From a virus (lineage: Duplodnaviria; Caudoviricetes): a stretch of 54,062 nucleotides of DNA. The notes below the pieces were generated by a model. That model did no database searches. It saw nothing but the letters and a program-made list of their open reading frames with translations, and was not told the origin of the DNA. Positions 8,898-19,268 of the stretch are shown here, in pieces (the first letter of the stretch is position 1; each line of letters starts with the position of its first letter). The stretch is taken from the IMG/VR virus record IMGVR_UViG_3300044580_000329, positions 1 to 54,062 of that record; one strand, given 5' to 3'. A program made the position numbers and the translations under genes.

Positions 8898-9569
8898 TTA
8901 ATTCCCCTCTTTATTTTTGCAATTTTCGAAGTGATAATGTTTCATACCAGCAATGCCACCAATTTTATTACAATACGGGCATTGCACTTGGATTTGTTTT
9001 TTTCCTTTTTTTGTATTAGACATTTTTAATAAAGATTCTTTTTTATGATGTTTTGAAAACATAGGATTTTTTTCTCCTTTATGAGAAATATTTTTTAATT
9101 TTTGAATAGTTTCTTCTTTATAAATTTTTGTTTTGCCCTTATTCCAAGGGTCTTTTCCTTTTCTTGCATTACTTTGTTTTCTTTTAGCTTCTTCGGTGTG
9201 TTTTTTATTAAACATTCCATTTTTATTTCCTTTTCGGGATTTACTCATTTTTTCTTTAGTTTCTTCAGAAAAACATCCAACAAAACCTACGCCTCCAATT
9301 GGACTTAAATTATAGCCATTAGGATATAGTGTATTATATTCTTGAATATATTTTTCCTGCGCATTAAAAGCTTCTTCTTTAGTATTAAAAAATTCAAGTA
9401 TTTCACGTTTAAAGTTTTGTAATCCATATTCATTAAGTGCATTTTGGAAATAAGGGCGTCCACTTCCTAAATAATTATCATTTAAATTATTAGTTGAGTG
9501 ATCACCTATATACTGCTTTCCGTTTAACAAATTAGTTGTAATGTAAACAAAATAATACTTTTTTTCCAT
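8898..9569 (-). CDS. Free-standing GIY-YIG homing endonuclease with NUMOD3 repeats
   Basis: FVYITTN..NGKQYIG, YLGSG, GYN; repeated KHTEEAKRKQS/HKKESLLKMS motifs. Confidence 0.92.
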   Translation of the reverse strand: MEKKYYFVYITTNLLNGKQYIGDHSTNNLNDNYLGSGRPYFQNALNEYGLQNFKREILEFFNTKEEAFNAQEKYIQEYNTLYPNGYNLSPIGGVGFVGCFSEETKEKMSKSRKGNKNGMFNKKHTEEAKRKQSNARKGKDPWNKGKTKIYKEETIQKLKNISHKGEKNPMFSKHHKKESLLKMSNTKKGKKQIQVQCPYCNKIGGIAGMKHYHFENCKNKEGN

Positions 9570-9625
9570 TAGCGCTTTTATTTATATATTCATAAGAACT
9601 TGCTCTTGAAGTGATGTATAAAAAT

Positions 9626-9681
9626 TTAACAAATATTTAACAAAACATATTTCTTTATTTCAGATATAATTATTATATTTG
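9626..9681 (+). promoter_or_regulatory. Bacteroidota-type promoter with TTAACA-N5-TTAACA repeat
   Basis: TTAACA at 9626 and 9637; TATATTTG at 9674-9681, same spacing as at 6581-6636. Confidence 0.7.
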
Positions 9682-9724
9682 TTCAACTATTTAATTAAAT
9701 TTTATTAACAAAAAATTTCAAGAA

Positions 9725-10456
9725 ATGAAAAAAATTTTATTATTCTTAGGGATCACTTTATTAATATCATGCAACCCTAATAAAGATTATATAAATCTTA
9801 TTAAAAATTATGAAAGTACAATTTCAGATGAAGTAAAAATGGATCTTAAATTTAAATGTTTAGATTTTAAAATAATAGATGAAATCACTGGTTTAGATTC
9901 TGCAGAGATTTATGAAAAAAATATCTTAATTGAATATAGTGCCGACGTTGCGTCTAATTATGATCCTATTGAAGGTTTTACAGGATATATCGGCTATAAT
10001 AAAATTCGAAAATATTATGGTCAGCCGGCACTTGATACTATAGAGTTTAAAAAGTGTATCGCATATTTAGATTCTATAAAGCCCTTAATGAAAAAAAATC
10101 TAAATGATTTTGAAGCATATGAAAGAAAAGAAGAAGCATTAAAAGAAAGAGACTTTTTATTGTGGTATGATATTTATAAAAATAGTAAAACATCCATGTA
10201 TGTAATAATATTTAAAAATTATTTAAAGTCTATTGATACATTGAAATCAATGTTAGACAAATATCAATATTATCTAAATAATAAAGATTATGTATATGTT
10301 AGAGAAGTAGAATGTAGATTTACGAAAATAAACCCATTTTTAAAACAAAAACAAGAAATTACAAGAAAATATTATATAGACAAAAATAATAACCTTAAAA
10401 CTGTAAATAGCGATAATGAAAATCTAAAAGGTTTATTAGATACTGTGTTAAATTGA
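9725..10456 (+). CDS. Putative lipoprotein
   Basis: Lipoprotein signal MKKILLFLGITLLISC. Confidence 0.7.
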   Translation: MKKILLFLGITLLISCNPNKDYINLIKNYESTISDEVKMDLKFKCLDFKIIDEITGLDSAEIYEKNILIEYSADVASNYDPIEGFTGYIGYNKIRKYYGQPALDTIEFKKCIAYLDSIKPLMKKNLNDFEAYERKEEALKERDFLLWYDIYKNSKTSMYVIIFKNYLKSIDTLKSMLDKYQYYLNNKDYVYVREVECRFTKINPFLKQKQEITRKYYIDKNNNLKTVNSDNENLKGLLDTVLN

Positions 10457-10503
10457 TTGAAATCTAATACTCGAAAGGGCGCATTTTGAAATAAAGGAAT
10501 TGA

Positions 10504-10536
10504 AGGGAAGAAGAAATTCTTCCCTTTGTTATTTTT
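10504..10536 (+). terminator. Intrinsic terminator
   Basis: AGGGAAGAA-gaaa-TTCTTCCCT then a T-rich tail. Confidence 0.7.
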
Positions 10537-10605
10537 ATAAAAAAATTAACACTTTTTTGAACACCGTATCATATTTTTTATTATATTTGTATTAATCTAT
10601 AAAAT

Positions 10606-11076
10606 ATGATGAAACGATTTTTTCTTAAAACAGCTTACTTACTTGGTCAGGAATCCAAGTGCGTATCTAAACAGGTAGGATGTGTTATCGCAAAAGATAA
10701 ACGCATCATATCAACTGGCATAAACGGAACACCTCCCGGTTATAAGAATTGTTGCGACCAATTTCCTGATTACAATCCTGAAACAGATAGAGAAAAACAT
10801 CACGCATGGTCAAGAATCTATGAAGTTCATGCCGAAATGAACGCTATAGCTTTTGCAGCTAAAAACGACATAGGCATTGAAGGCGCTGAACTTTATACGA
10901 TTCTTCAACCATGCGATGAGTGCCTTAAGAACATTATAGCTGCAGGAATAAAAAAGATTTATTACGTTGTACCTTATGACAAAGCAACTTTGAATAATGA
11001 GCTTTGGTGTAAAATTACAAACGAAATGGTTATAGACCCGATATTAAACAAATGGCTTAAAAAACAAGAATCATGA
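10606..11076 (+). CDS. dCMP deaminase
   Basis: SKC..KQVGCVI, TGINGTP, HAEMNAI and PCDEC zinc motifs. Confidence 0.93.
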   Translation: MMKRFFLKTAYLLGQESKCVSKQVGCVIAKDKRIISTGINGTPPGYKNCCDQFPDYNPETDREKHHAWSRIYEVHAEMNAIAFAAKNDIGIEGAELYTILQPCDECLKNIIAAGIKKIYYVVPYDKATLNNELWCKITNEMVIDPILNKWLKKQES

Positions 11077-11939
11077 ATTACGAACTAGTAGTCTCAAAAA
11101 TACGAGAGCAATTAAAAAAATATATACAGGTACATGATATTAAAGCGCTTGTTCTTGGAGTCTCCGGAGGAATGGATAGTTGCGTATGCGCTGCTCTTGC
11201 GAAACCTGTTTGTGATGAATTGGAAAGTCCACTTTATGGAAGAAGCATTCCAATATCTGGAAACAAAGAAGAAGAAAAAGACAGAGCATTTGAAATAGGT
11301 ACAAATTTTTGCCATGATTTTGATGAAGTTTATTTATTGGATGAAGATTTTCAGAGTATATGGAGTCATTTAGATATTGAAGGTTGGGATGTAGATGATG
11401 AAGATACAACAAGGAAATTTCGTCAGGGCAATATTAAAGCACGCCTTAGAATGATTTATCTTTATGATTTGGCACAATTACACCATGGGTTAGTATTGTC
11501 TACAGACAATCAAACAGAATATCTCCTGGGTTTTTGGACTCTTCATGGAGATGTTGGGGATTATGGAATGATACAGAATCTTTGGAAATCAGAAGTCTAT
11601 GATTTAGGTGAATGGTTAGTAAAAAACGAATTGAAGGAAGAGGCTGCTGATGCATTAAATTCTTGTATTGAGTGTCAGGCAACAGACGGGCTCGGAATCA
11701 CAAATACTGATTTAGACCAGATTTTGCCCGGTTGGGAAGGGACTTCCCGAGATGGTTATAAAAAAGTAGATGAAATATTACAGAATTATGAAATGGAATA
11801 TGCTGTTCATGGGCAGGATGGAATTTTCGAATATACAGATTTTAATAGTCCTGTAATTATACGTCATATAAGAACTAGATTTAAACGAGACAATCCCCAT
11901 AATATTTCAAGATTTGATTTATTTAAAGGTGTTTTGTAA
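11073..11939 (+). CDS. nadE: NH3-dependent NAD+ synthetase
   Basis: LGVSGGMDS, GNIKARLRM, TDN.TE...GFWTLHGD motifs. Confidence 0.93.
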   Translation: MNYELVVSKIREQLKKYIQVHDIKALVLGVSGGMDSCVCAALAKPVCDELESPLYGRSIPISGNKEEEKDRAFEIGTNFCHDFDEVYLLDEDFQSIWSHLDIEGWDVDDEDTTRKFRQGNIKARLRMIYLYDLAQLHHGLVLSTDNQTEYLLGFWTLHGDVGDYGMIQNLWKSEVYDLGEWLVKNELKEEAADALNSCIECQATDGLGITNTDLDQILPGWEGTSRDGYKKVDEILQNYEMEYAVHGQDGIFEYTDFNSPVIIRHIRTRFKRDNPHNISRFDLFKGVL

Positions 11940-11982
11940 GAAAACTTACTCAGTTATAAATTGTATAATATTAAAAATTTAT

Positions 11983-12600
11983 ATGAAAAAGGCACTTATA
12001 GTCGTTGACGTACAAAATGATTTTTGTCCAGGAGGTTCACTAGCAGTTCCAGAAGGAGATCAAATAATTCCATTAATAAATGAATTACTACCAAAATTTG
12101 ATTTAGTTATATTCACAATGGATTGGCATAATCCTGAAATGAAGGCGTTTGCTTCTCAACACGAAGGATTACTCCCATTTGATAAGTATATAAATCCAGA
12201 TGGAAACGAAGATGCTCTTTGGCCGGATCATTGTGTGGCTGAAACTCCTGGAGCAGAGTTACACCCCAGTTTAGACATCGCTAAGTGCAAAAAAGATTTC
12301 TATTTCTTTAAAAAGGGAACCGAAAAGGAATATCATCCATATAGTGGATTTGGCGGAACGGAGCTAGCTCAATTTTTAAATGAAAGAGAAATAGAAAGAG
12401 TTTATATTGTAGGGCTTGCATTAGATTTTTGTGTTGCTGATACAGCAGTTGATGCCACAATGGAAGGATTTGACACAGTCGTTATTGAAGATGGAACAAG
12501 ACCAATTAATAACGATATAAATGATACACTTAAAAAATTTCAAGAGGCTGGAGTAAAATTTATCGAAAGCTGGGAAATGGAAATGTATGAACTCATGTAA
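11983..12600 (+). CDS. pncA: Nicotinamidase
   Basis: ALIVVDVQNDFCPGGSLAV, DWH, WPDHCV, KG, GLALDFCV; start moved to the ATG at 11983. Confidence 0.93.
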   Translation: MKKALIVVDVQNDFCPGGSLAVPEGDQIIPLINELLPKFDLVIFTMDWHNPEMKAFASQHEGLLPFDKYINPDGNEDALWPDHCVAETPGAELHPSLDIAKCKKDFYFFKKGTEKEYHPYSGFGGTELAQFLNEREIERVYIVGLALDFCVADTAVDATMEGFDTVVIEDGTRPINNDINDTLKKFQEAGVKFIESWEMEMYELM

Positions 12601-13054
12601 TCATCATAACATTATGAAACAAACACCAAAAAGTATTTACGAGTTTAAAAAGGGAGATAAAATTACTCGTATCAAACCATCAAAACCCGTTGTAAAAATG
12701 GGTGAAGAAGAATTCGTCGATAGAAATTATATAGGCACACCATTTATATTTGTTGGCATTGCTAATGGATGCATTTATTTAAAGAGAATAATATCAGAAC
12801 AGGCTAAAGAGCTCATGTCATTCTTTAGCATGTTAAGTGGTGGTTCTGGAGAATCTTCGATAATGCATCTTGAACTTGAACTTTTTGAGGAGGGGTGGGA
12901 TTATTATATCGAACCTGAATCTTTAGGTTTAGAAGATTTTGATGAGAATGTTCCTTTAAAGGAATTAGAAAAACAAAAGAAAGAGGCTATTGATAATGAG
13001 GATTATCAAGAAGCCGATCGTTTGCAAAAGTTAATCGACAAAAAGAAAAAATAA
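12587..13054 (+). CDS. Hypothetical protein with C-terminal UVR-like motif
   Basis: LEKQKKEAIDNEDYQEADRLQKLI. Confidence 0.6.
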   Translation: MNSCNHHNIMKQTPKSIYEFKKGDKITRIKPSKPVVKMGEEEFVDRNYIGTPFIFVGIANGCIYLKRIISEQAKELMSFFSMLSGGSGESSIMHLELELFEEGWDYYIEPESLGLEDFDENVPLKELEKQKKEAIDNEDYQEADRLQKLIDKKKK

Positions 13055-13055
13055 G

Positions 13056-13673
13056 ATGTCATCTACTCTTTGGGATACGTCGGGTTCAAATTGGTGGATA
13101 GAACACTATCCAATTTATAAAAAGGAAGAAGACTCATACGAAGAGGAAGAGGAATGTGAAGAAGAAGAGGAATGCGAGGAAGAAGAGGAATGTGGGGAGC
13201 CTTCTTTATTAGAAGATATATTGCGTCGTTATGATGAAAATCCTCGTAATGATTATCTAAAAGATGATGAAGAAGAAATAAAAGGGCACGTTGAAAGCTT
13301 CATAGAGGCATTTAAAGTTCCAAAAAATAAAAGGAAAAAAGTCAAAGAAATTCTTCAAAAGAAAAATTCTGAAAGAACCCTCGAAGAGAAAAATTTTTTG
13401 AAACAATTTATCATCAAAGCAAAAAATATTCAAAAACCAAAGATAGGAATTGTTCGTCAAGGGGAAGAGGATGAAGAAGAAATAGACAATAATGAAATAG
13501 AAGAACTTGAAAAAGAACTAGAGGAAGAACTTCGAAAAGGCCAATCTATACAAAGTTTGAAAGAAAAAATGTATTATGACAAAATAATTGATCAAAGAGG
13601 ATGGAGCGATCTTCCAACAGATAACAGGGATGATAGTTGGAGTTCGTTAGATTTACAAGGAAAAAAACTATAA
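13056..13673 (+). CDS. Acidic hypothetical protein with (EEEEEC)x3 repeat
   Basis: Degenerate 18-bp tandem repeat at about 13140-13193. Confidence 0.65.
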   Translation: MSSTLWDTSGSNWWIEHYPIYKKEEDSYEEEEECEEEEECEEEEECGEPSLLEDILRRYDENPRNDYLKDDEEEIKGHVESFIEAFKVPKNKRKKVKEILQKKNSERTLEEKNFLKQFIIKAKNIQKPKIGIVRQGEEDEEEIDNNEIEELEKELEEELRKGQSIQSLKEKMYYDKIIDQRGWSDLPTDNRDDSWSSLDLQGKKL

Positions 13674-13737
13674 GATAATTTTTTATATCATTTTTATTTG
13701 TTATATTAGCAAGGTAAAAGTAATTAAACTTATTGCT

Positions 13738-14586
13738 ATGAATATACAATCAATTTCAATAGTCGTTCCGACTAAAGGATGCGTCAATAGTTGCAAATTT
13801 TGCGTATCCAGAATGCACACCAATGATTACGAAAGAATTTTTAACAAGTTCCAAATCCAAAAGAGAATAAAGTGGGCTGTGATGAACGGTGTAAATACCT
13901 GTATCATCACAGGAACTGGCGAAGCTCTACAAAATAAGAATTTCCTGTATCTTTTATCTGAAATTTTCAGCGAGCTTGAACATCCATTTCCTAATGTAGA
14001 ATTCCAAACAACTGGTGTTCTTTTGACTGCTGCAGATAATATTCAACATCTTAAAAGCCTGGGTGTAAATACAATTTCGCTTTCAGTTTCCGATATCTAT
14101 GATGATTTCAACATGGAAATCATCTCGGTACCTCCTTCATTAAGATTCGATTTAAAAGAGCGTTGTAACATCATCAAAAATGAAGGATTTAATCTTCGTC
14201 TTTCGTTGAACATGACGAAATATTATGATGATGCAACACCACAAGATTTAATAAACAGATGTAAATATCTTGGAGCTGATCAGGTAACATTTCGTAAGTT
14301 GTATTCTTCGGATGATAATTCGGAACAGTCACAATGGGTAAAAGAAAATGCATGTGTTAAAATCCTTGATGAGGTACGAGAATTCATAAAAGGAAAAAAA
14401 GGCAAGGGAACACTTCTTTATCATCTTCCATTTGGCGCATCAGTATATTCAATAAACGGAATGAGTACTGTTATAGACGATGATTGCATGTCAAAAGAAA
14501 ATGATGCAGCACTAAAATATGTCATTCTTCGTGAAAATGGAAAACTTTATGCTCGTTGGGATGATGAAGGAAGCTTGATATTCTAA
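13738..14586 (+). CDS. Radical SAM protein
   Basis: CVNSCKFC (CxxxCxxC), ITGTGE, QTTG. Confidence 0.88.
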   Translation: MNIQSISIVVPTKGCVNSCKFCVSRMHTNDYERIFNKFQIQKRIKWAVMNGVNTCIITGTGEALQNKNFLYLLSEIFSELEHPFPNVEFQTTGVLLTAADNIQHLKSLGVNTISLSVSDIYDDFNMEIISVPPSLRFDLKERCNIIKNEGFNLRLSLNMTKYYDDATPQDLINRCKYLGADQVTFRKLYSSDDNSEQSQWVKENACVKILDEVREFIKGKKGKGTLLYHLPFGASVYSINGMSTVIDDDCMSKENDAALKYVILRENGKLYARWDDEGSLIF

Positions 14587-15531
14587 TTATGAAAAAGAAA
14601 CTAACAGATAAGGAACTATTTGATCGTCTTGCAGGTATCATTGAACCAGTTACAAGAGAATATAAAGAAGTAATTCCTAAGAGAGTAAAAAAACATAAAC
14701 CAAAGAAATGACTAGATTTTTAATATTATTTAATGATGTTGAAATGGTCTTCGATATAACGAAGATGTCATTGAATGATGTTTTAAATATCATCATCAAT
14801 ACAAATAATGCGTATCTTCATTGGTGTAGATTATATCAATCAGATACAGTCAATTACGAATCGGGAAAGGATTTGTATCATTTATTATAAATAATGATCA
14901 AAGTTTAAGTTTATATGGATACGGAGAGGGGAGTGAAGCTATTTATAATAAAATGCCAGAATTAAGAAATCGACCAAATGTATATATTACTATCGGACAA
15001 GATATTACTAATTTATACCCAAGTGAATTAACTATTTGGGAAACAATAGATTTTTTTATAAATAATCGTGTTCGGGAATTAAAAATTCATAGAGGGGAAA
15101 AAGGATATGCATCATGGGGAGAAATTACTTATCAAATAAACAATTATCAAAGACCTGTACTTGTTGCATCAAATGTAGATAGTAGTGGATAATGGATCGG
15201 TATGAAGAACATATTGAAGAACCTATTAGAGGAGTTGTAAAAACATTACGAGATAATGGTTTTAATACAACATGTTCTTGTGGACACGAAATGTATGTTG
15301 AAGGAGATATTATTGTGGGATTATTGTCATGAACACAAAATTCCCATTAGTTATGAAATTAAATTCGAATTAAGAGTATCAGAAGGATTTTTATTATATA
15401 CACGCACAGGGTTTTAAAAAATTCTGTGAAGAAAGGAATGTAGATCCGGATCAAGTAGTTGAAGATTGCGATGCAGATGATGCTGATTGCATAATTCAAT
15501 ATGCATTGTTCAACCAAATTATATTTGGATA

Positions 15532-15962
15532 ATGTATAAGGAAGATTCACCCAAACAGGTCATCATAATACGAAAAGACCTTAATATGAGGAAAGGAAAA
15601 ATGATTGCTCAAGGAGCTCATGCTTCTATGAAAGTCATATCTGACATGATGCAGCAATCAGGAGTTTGGTTTTCTGGAGATCACAATGATTTTATAAAAG
15701 AAAACAAACTAACCGTCGTTGTTGATTCTCCCCTTAATAAATGGCTTAATGGAATCTTTAAGAAGATTGTTGTGGGTGCTGAAATTTAAATGAAATGATA
15801 ACAGCGTACAACGAAGCTAAAAAGCAAGGAATCCCATGTTCATTAATTGAAGATGCTGGATTGACTGAATTTGGAGGGCAAGTTACAATTACTGCTGCTG
15901 CAATAGGTCCTGATTTGCCAGAAAAAATTGACAAAATTACAGGAAATTTTCAACTTTTGTAA
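15532..15962 (+). CDS. Peptidyl-tRNA hydrolase Pth2, split by a 1-nt frameshift near 15783
   Basis: KQVIIIRKDLNMRKGKMIAQGAHAS...KKIVV, then in another frame IEDAGLTEF....TAAAIGP....IDKITG; the shift falls in an A-run (likely sequence error). Confidence 0.88.
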
Positions 15963-15989
15963 AACGCTTGACACCGTTTAGCATATAAT

Positions 15990-16868
15990 ATGAAAAAATA
16001 CATTATGTTAAGCGAAAAAAGAATAGGAATTGTTGGACAAGGATTTGTTGGCAATTCAATTAAAGAAGGAATGATTAAAGACTATCCTAATTTGTTAACA
16101 TTCGACATTCAACCACGACTTTCTATGTGCAAATCATTGGAAGAAATGGTTAAACAAACAAATGTGATATTCGTTTGTATTCCAACCCCAATGCAAAAGG
16201 ATGGAAAGTGCTATACAGGTTTGTTAGAGCAAGTTGTAGATGATATTTCAAAGATAGTAATTTCAGATGACTATTTTAAGGATAAGATATTAATTCTAAA
16301 GACAACCATTCCTCCCGGAACGACTGAAATGCTTCAAAACAAATATATGATGTTTCATTTTGTTTTCAATCCTGAATTCTTAACAGAAGCTAATGCAGTA
16401 AATGATTTTAAAAATCAGAATCGCATTATTTTAGGAGGAAATAATGAAGAGGCTCTAAATATAGTTTCTGATTTATACAAAAAATCGTTTCCATTTATTC
16501 CTATTGTAAAAATGACTTCGCAAGAGGCAGAAATGGTTAAGTATATGACCAACACATTTTTATCTACAAAGGTTATCTTTGCTAATGAAATGTATGAAAT
16601 TTGCAATGCATTAGGAATTGATTACGAAAGAGTTTATAAGGCTGCTAAACTTGACACAAGATTAGGTGAATCTCACTGGAAAGTTCCTGGGCCAGATGGT
16701 GATTTTGGTTTTGGCGGTCATTGTTTTCCAAAAGACACTAATGCAATAAAATACTTAGCAAATCAAAATGGAGTTGACACTACTCTTCTCAATGCAGTTC
16801 TTAAAAAGAATGACAAAATACGAAAAAATAGAGAATGGGAAAACCAAAAAGGACGATCAGTAATCTAA
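15990..16868 (+). CDS. UDP-glucose/GDP-mannose dehydrogenase family protein
   Basis: GIVGQGFVG, CIPTP, KTTIPPGT, FNPEFL, GFGGHCFPKD. Confidence 0.92.
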   Translation: MKKYIMLSEKRIGIVGQGFVGNSIKEGMIKDYPNLLTFDIQPRLSMCKSLEEMVKQTNVIFVCIPTPMQKDGKCYTGLLEQVVDDISKIVISDDYFKDKILILKTTIPPGTTEMLQNKYMMFHFVFNPEFLTEANAVNDFKNQNRIILGGNNEEALNIVSDLYKKSFPFIPIVKMTSQEAEMVKYMTNTFLSTKVIFANEMYEICNALGIDYERVYKAAKLDTRLGESHWKVPGPDGDFGFGGHCFPKDTNAIKYLANQNGVDTTLLNAVLKKNDKIRKNREWENQKGRSVI

Positions 16869-16889
16869 AATAAAAACATATGCAAACAG

Positions 16890-17249
16890 ATGACAAAAAA
16901 CAAAGCTTTTGGGATAAGAAACCATTTGATAAAACTAAATCTTCAGAAGAAGAAAAAACAGATGTTTATAATGGCAAATACATGGGGTGAATCTGTAGGG
17001 CCGGGTGATAGTGTTATATATGTTCCAAATCATGCATTTGAGGATGGTAAACCAAATTTTAATCATCCAAGTTGCGAGTATGGAATTATTAAGTCTGCAC
17101 AATCCCGTTACATATTCGTCAATTACGTTGTTAATGGAATTGTACAAGGAACAGCAAAAGCTACAGATCCGAGAAATTTATTTTTATTAAACGGAGAAAG
17201 CTTATTTGATTTGATTGAGGTTTTTAATAAAATAAATGAAGTACACTAA
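16890..17249 (+). CDS. Hypothetical protein
   Basis: ORF in an operon-like run; the start may be at a later Met. Confidence 0.55.
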   Translation: MTKNKAFGIRNHLIKLNLQKKKKQMFIMANTWGESVGPGDSVIYVPNHAFEDGKPNFNHPSCEYGIIKSAQSRYIFVNYVVNGIVQGTAKATDPRNLFLLNGESLFDLIEVFNKINEVH

Positions 17250-17661
17250 TTTAATTATAAACGGAGATCTTATAAAGGTTGATCAAATCATTTCGGATAA
17301 CAAAATATTAAAACCTATAACTATTTTAATATCTTTGCCTGTTGCTTTTACTGGGTTATCTATTTTAACTAGTGTTCTTCCGGCAGCATTGATGATTGAT
17401 GGAACTAGATATTTAAAATATCGATATTACAGATACATGAAAAATTATAAAAGGTATCGATATTATGACCGAGTTTTTACATCATTAGGATATAGTCATC
17501 AACAAAAATCCAAAATGCTATTAGCTTTTGAAACTTTACCTGATCGTTTTAGGCAAAAAACAAATACAAAATATATTTTGCGCAAAGGGTCTTATCATTT
17601 AGTTTACATTCGAGAAAATATTCAAAAAGATTTTTATAACTTGGCTAATAGATTTAAATGA
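17236..17661 (+). CDS. Hypothetical membrane protein
   Basis: One hydrophobic segment; ATGA overlap with the next gene. Confidence 0.55.
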   Translation: MKYTNLIINGDLIKVDQIISDNKILKPITILISLPVAFTGLSILTSVLPAALMIDGTRYLKYRYYRYMKNYKRYRYYDRVFTSLGYSHQQKSKMLLAFETLPDRFRQKTNTKYILRKGSYHLVYIRENIQKDFYNLANRFK

Positions 17662-18119
17662 AAGAAATTACCGGAAATTTGATAACATTGGCTAAAGAGG
17701 GTCATTTTGATATGATTGTTCATGGCTGTAATTGTTTTTGCACTATGGGGTCAGGAATTGCTAAAGAAATTCGTCAAGAATTTCCCGGAGCTTATGCAGC
17801 TGATTGTAAAACTATTAAAGGCGACCGAAATAAATTAGGAGCATTTACATATTATGATGTTGTTGGTGACGAAGTTGCTTTTAGAATAATAAATGCGTAT
17901 ACACAATATAATTACGGTCGAGAAGAAAATGTAATCTATGTAGATTATAATGCAGTTACAAATGTATTTAAAAAATTAAATGATCTTTATCCGAGATATC
18001 GTATTGGTTTACCTAAAATTGGGGCAGGACTAGCAGGTGGTGATTGGGATAAAATAAAAAACATTATAAGTGAAACTCTAACTGATATGGACGTAACCAT
18101 TGTTTACCTTCCAAATTGA
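17658..18119 (+). CDS. Macrodomain protein (ADP-ribose binding/hydrolase)
   Basis: GNL, IVHGCNC...MGSGIAK, IINAYTQ, PKIGAGLAGGDW. Confidence 0.9.
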   Translation: MKEITGNLITLAKEGHFDMIVHGCNCFCTMGSGIAKEIRQEFPGAYAADCKTIKGDRNKLGAFTYYDVVGDEVAFRIINAYTQYNYGREENVIYVDYNAVTNVFKKLNDLYPRYRIGLPKIGAGLAGGDWDKIKNIISETLTDMDVTIVYLPN

Positions 18120-18143
18120 ATATATAAAATAAAAAATAATTTA

Positions 18144-18719
18144 ATGGCTACTCGTAGTACTATTTGGATTAAAAACGAAGATGGTTCAAGTGATGGAATA
18201 TATTGCCATCATGATGGTTATCCAGATTATGTAGGTATGATTTTAAAGGATAATTATGACACAGATGAAAAAATTAGAGAATTAATTTCTTTAGGCGGAA
18301 TATCGTCATTAGCTCCAACAGTTGAAGAAACAGCCCCACAATCATATCATATTTGGAGAGGAGAACCAAAGAATATTTTTCATGTATCTAAGTCTAATGA
18401 CATAAAACAATATTTTCAAGAATATAATTACATGTGGAAAGATGGATTTTGGTGGATGGCTAAAGAAAATAGTGCATGGATTCCATTAGATCAGGTAATT
18501 ATGGAAACGAAAAAAGAAGAATTTTATCCTGAATTAAACGAAGTTTATTCAGATCTTAGTTTTGTTAATGCAGATGACTCGTGTCCTCCTTATTTAAAGA
18601 AACAGTTCCGATCATATGCTCGTATGATACATATGGAATTATCTGATGAAAAATTTTCAGATGCTGAAATTGAAGATTATTTAACTGAATTAATTCAAAG
18701 AGTAATTTACGGAAAATAA
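18144..18719 (+). CDS. Conserved phage hypothetical protein
   Basis: MATRS.I...IYCHHDGYP..VG motif; preceded by ATATATAAAA. Confidence 0.7.
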   Translation: MATRSTIWIKNEDGSSDGIYCHHDGYPDYVGMILKDNYDTDEKIRELISLGGISSLAPTVEETAPQSYHIWRGEPKNIFHVSKSNDIKQYFQEYNYMWKDGFWWMAKENSAWIPLDQVIMETKKEEFYPELNEVYSDLSFVNADDSCPPYLKKQFRSYARMIHMELSDEKFSDAEIEDYLTELIQRVIYGK

Positions 18720-18789
18720 TTTTTCTGCATTAACTATATTTTAAAACTTTTCAATATCTTCATATATAATATGTAAAGGTTCTTTGATT

Positions 18790-19015
18790 TTTCTGTAGTT
18801 AGTTATTGCGATACTTCGTACAATAAATCAATTACTAAAATTCAGTTATGTTGAAAACCCCGCTAAGGGCATGAGAATTTCGATTCAATAAGGCAGGAAC
18901 TTAGGATGGCTGGCAAGACGAACACATAAATCTTGTACCTAAGAAGTTTTGAAAAACTTAAAATTTCAAGAGATAGGAACTCTTAAAAACACGCAGTAAC
19001 AATATTTCTCAGAAA
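18790..19015 (+). ncRNA. Y-RNA-like RNA 3 (long, multi-hairpin)
   Basis: TTTCTG-TAGTTA-GTTATTGCG-ATACTTCG ... CGCAGTAAC-AATATTTCT-CAGAAA. Confidence 0.72.
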
Positions 19016-19028
19016 TAAGATTTTTATA

Positions 19029-19259
19029 CCGTAGTAAAGTTAGGTGATACTTCGTCTAAGAAAGCTGGCCTCGCGCCAAAAATGATCAATAATCAATTCT
19101 ATGTAAACGAAGATTTCCTAAAGTACTTTAGAAATTCCTACATGGTTCGACGAACGAAAGTTCTCGGTTTTTAGGCGCCTATTTGCGTACTAAAATATTT
19201 CGAAAAGTATGGAAATCAATGGAGACAACCATTCAAATGCACCTACTATTAATTCTCGG
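19029..19259 (+). ncRNA. Y-RNA-like RNA 4 (long, multi-hairpin)
   Basis: CCG-TAGTAA-AGTTAGGTG-ATACTTCG ... CACCTACT-ATTAATTCT-CGG. Confidence 0.72.
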
Positions 19260-19268
19260 AAAATTTAG

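Noticed and set aside
15770-15800. Programmed frameshift in Pth2 (also near 4262 and 26265)
   Set aside because: All three are single-base shifts in A or T runs with no obvious stimulatory structure; sequencing indels are more likely.
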